A stretch of 64,000 nucleotides of DNA from positions 1-64,000 of the forward strand of contig ADNK01002961.1 in NCBI GenBank assembly GCA_000320545.1, given 5' to 3'. The notes under the pieces were generated by a model. It did no database searches and was not told the origin of the DNA. It saw only the letters and a list, made by a program, of their open reading frames with translations. Of the stretch, positions 63,739 through 64,000 are shown in pieces; the stretch's first letter is position 1, and every line of letters starts with the position of its first letter. The DNA is from Bigelowiella natans CCMP2755 (taxonomy: Eukaryota > Protista > Cercozoa). The position numbers and the translations under genes were made by a program.

Positions 63739-64000
63739 GTCACATATCAGATGATGCAGTTTCATTCCTACGTTTATTATGTTGTGATCATCATAAATTA
63801 GTTCGCATTATCAAGTTTTTCAACCAATTACAATTTGCGCATTGGTGTCACCTCTTTCACCTTTCATTTCGGTCAGTACAACATGCAAGCTGTCATCATG
63901 ATGTGTCACAACATCGACGTGTCAGCGTAATGCACAGAATGATTCGAATCATCACAACATGCCAAATCAAATGATTGGAACCCCTGTGTGTCAAACTCAT

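Overview
Eukaryotic nuclear DNA from an intron-rich protist. The gene mix (REJ/GPS receptor, BspA/DUF285, P-T stalks) and microsatellite-filled introns would fit a chlorarachniophyte-like or other algal lineage, but this is a low-confidence inference. About 17 host genes lie in strictly alternating orientation: Sel1-repeat(+), Kelch(-), giant NHL/RCC1-like/REJ/GPS/PDZ receptor(+), decayed relic(-), FAM173-like methyltransferase(+), TM-septin(-), SUN(+), TLC-like membrane protein(-), TFIIB(+), arylsulfatase(-), ankyrin protein(+), BspA surface protein(-), hypothetical(+), Cys/His-rich surface protein(-), METTL9(+), FYVE protein(-), NADPH oxidase(+). An AT-rich virus-like insert sits at ~3.2-4.4 kb. 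Main observations: (1) every tail-to-tail intergenic gap is depleted of TpA, apparently converted to CpA/TpG, while CTAG is spared or enriched; a 49-bp duplication and a relic gene with apparent Tyr->His/Cys changes support a localized mutational process; (2) manual splicing gives a single-chain SH3 + PPPLP + p22phox-like + gp91phox-like NADPH oxidase; (3) METTL9, an HxH histidine methyltransferase, is head-to-head with a gene encoding a surface protein that carries an HGHGH motif. Exon models and counts were done by eye and need RNA-seq or computational confirmation.
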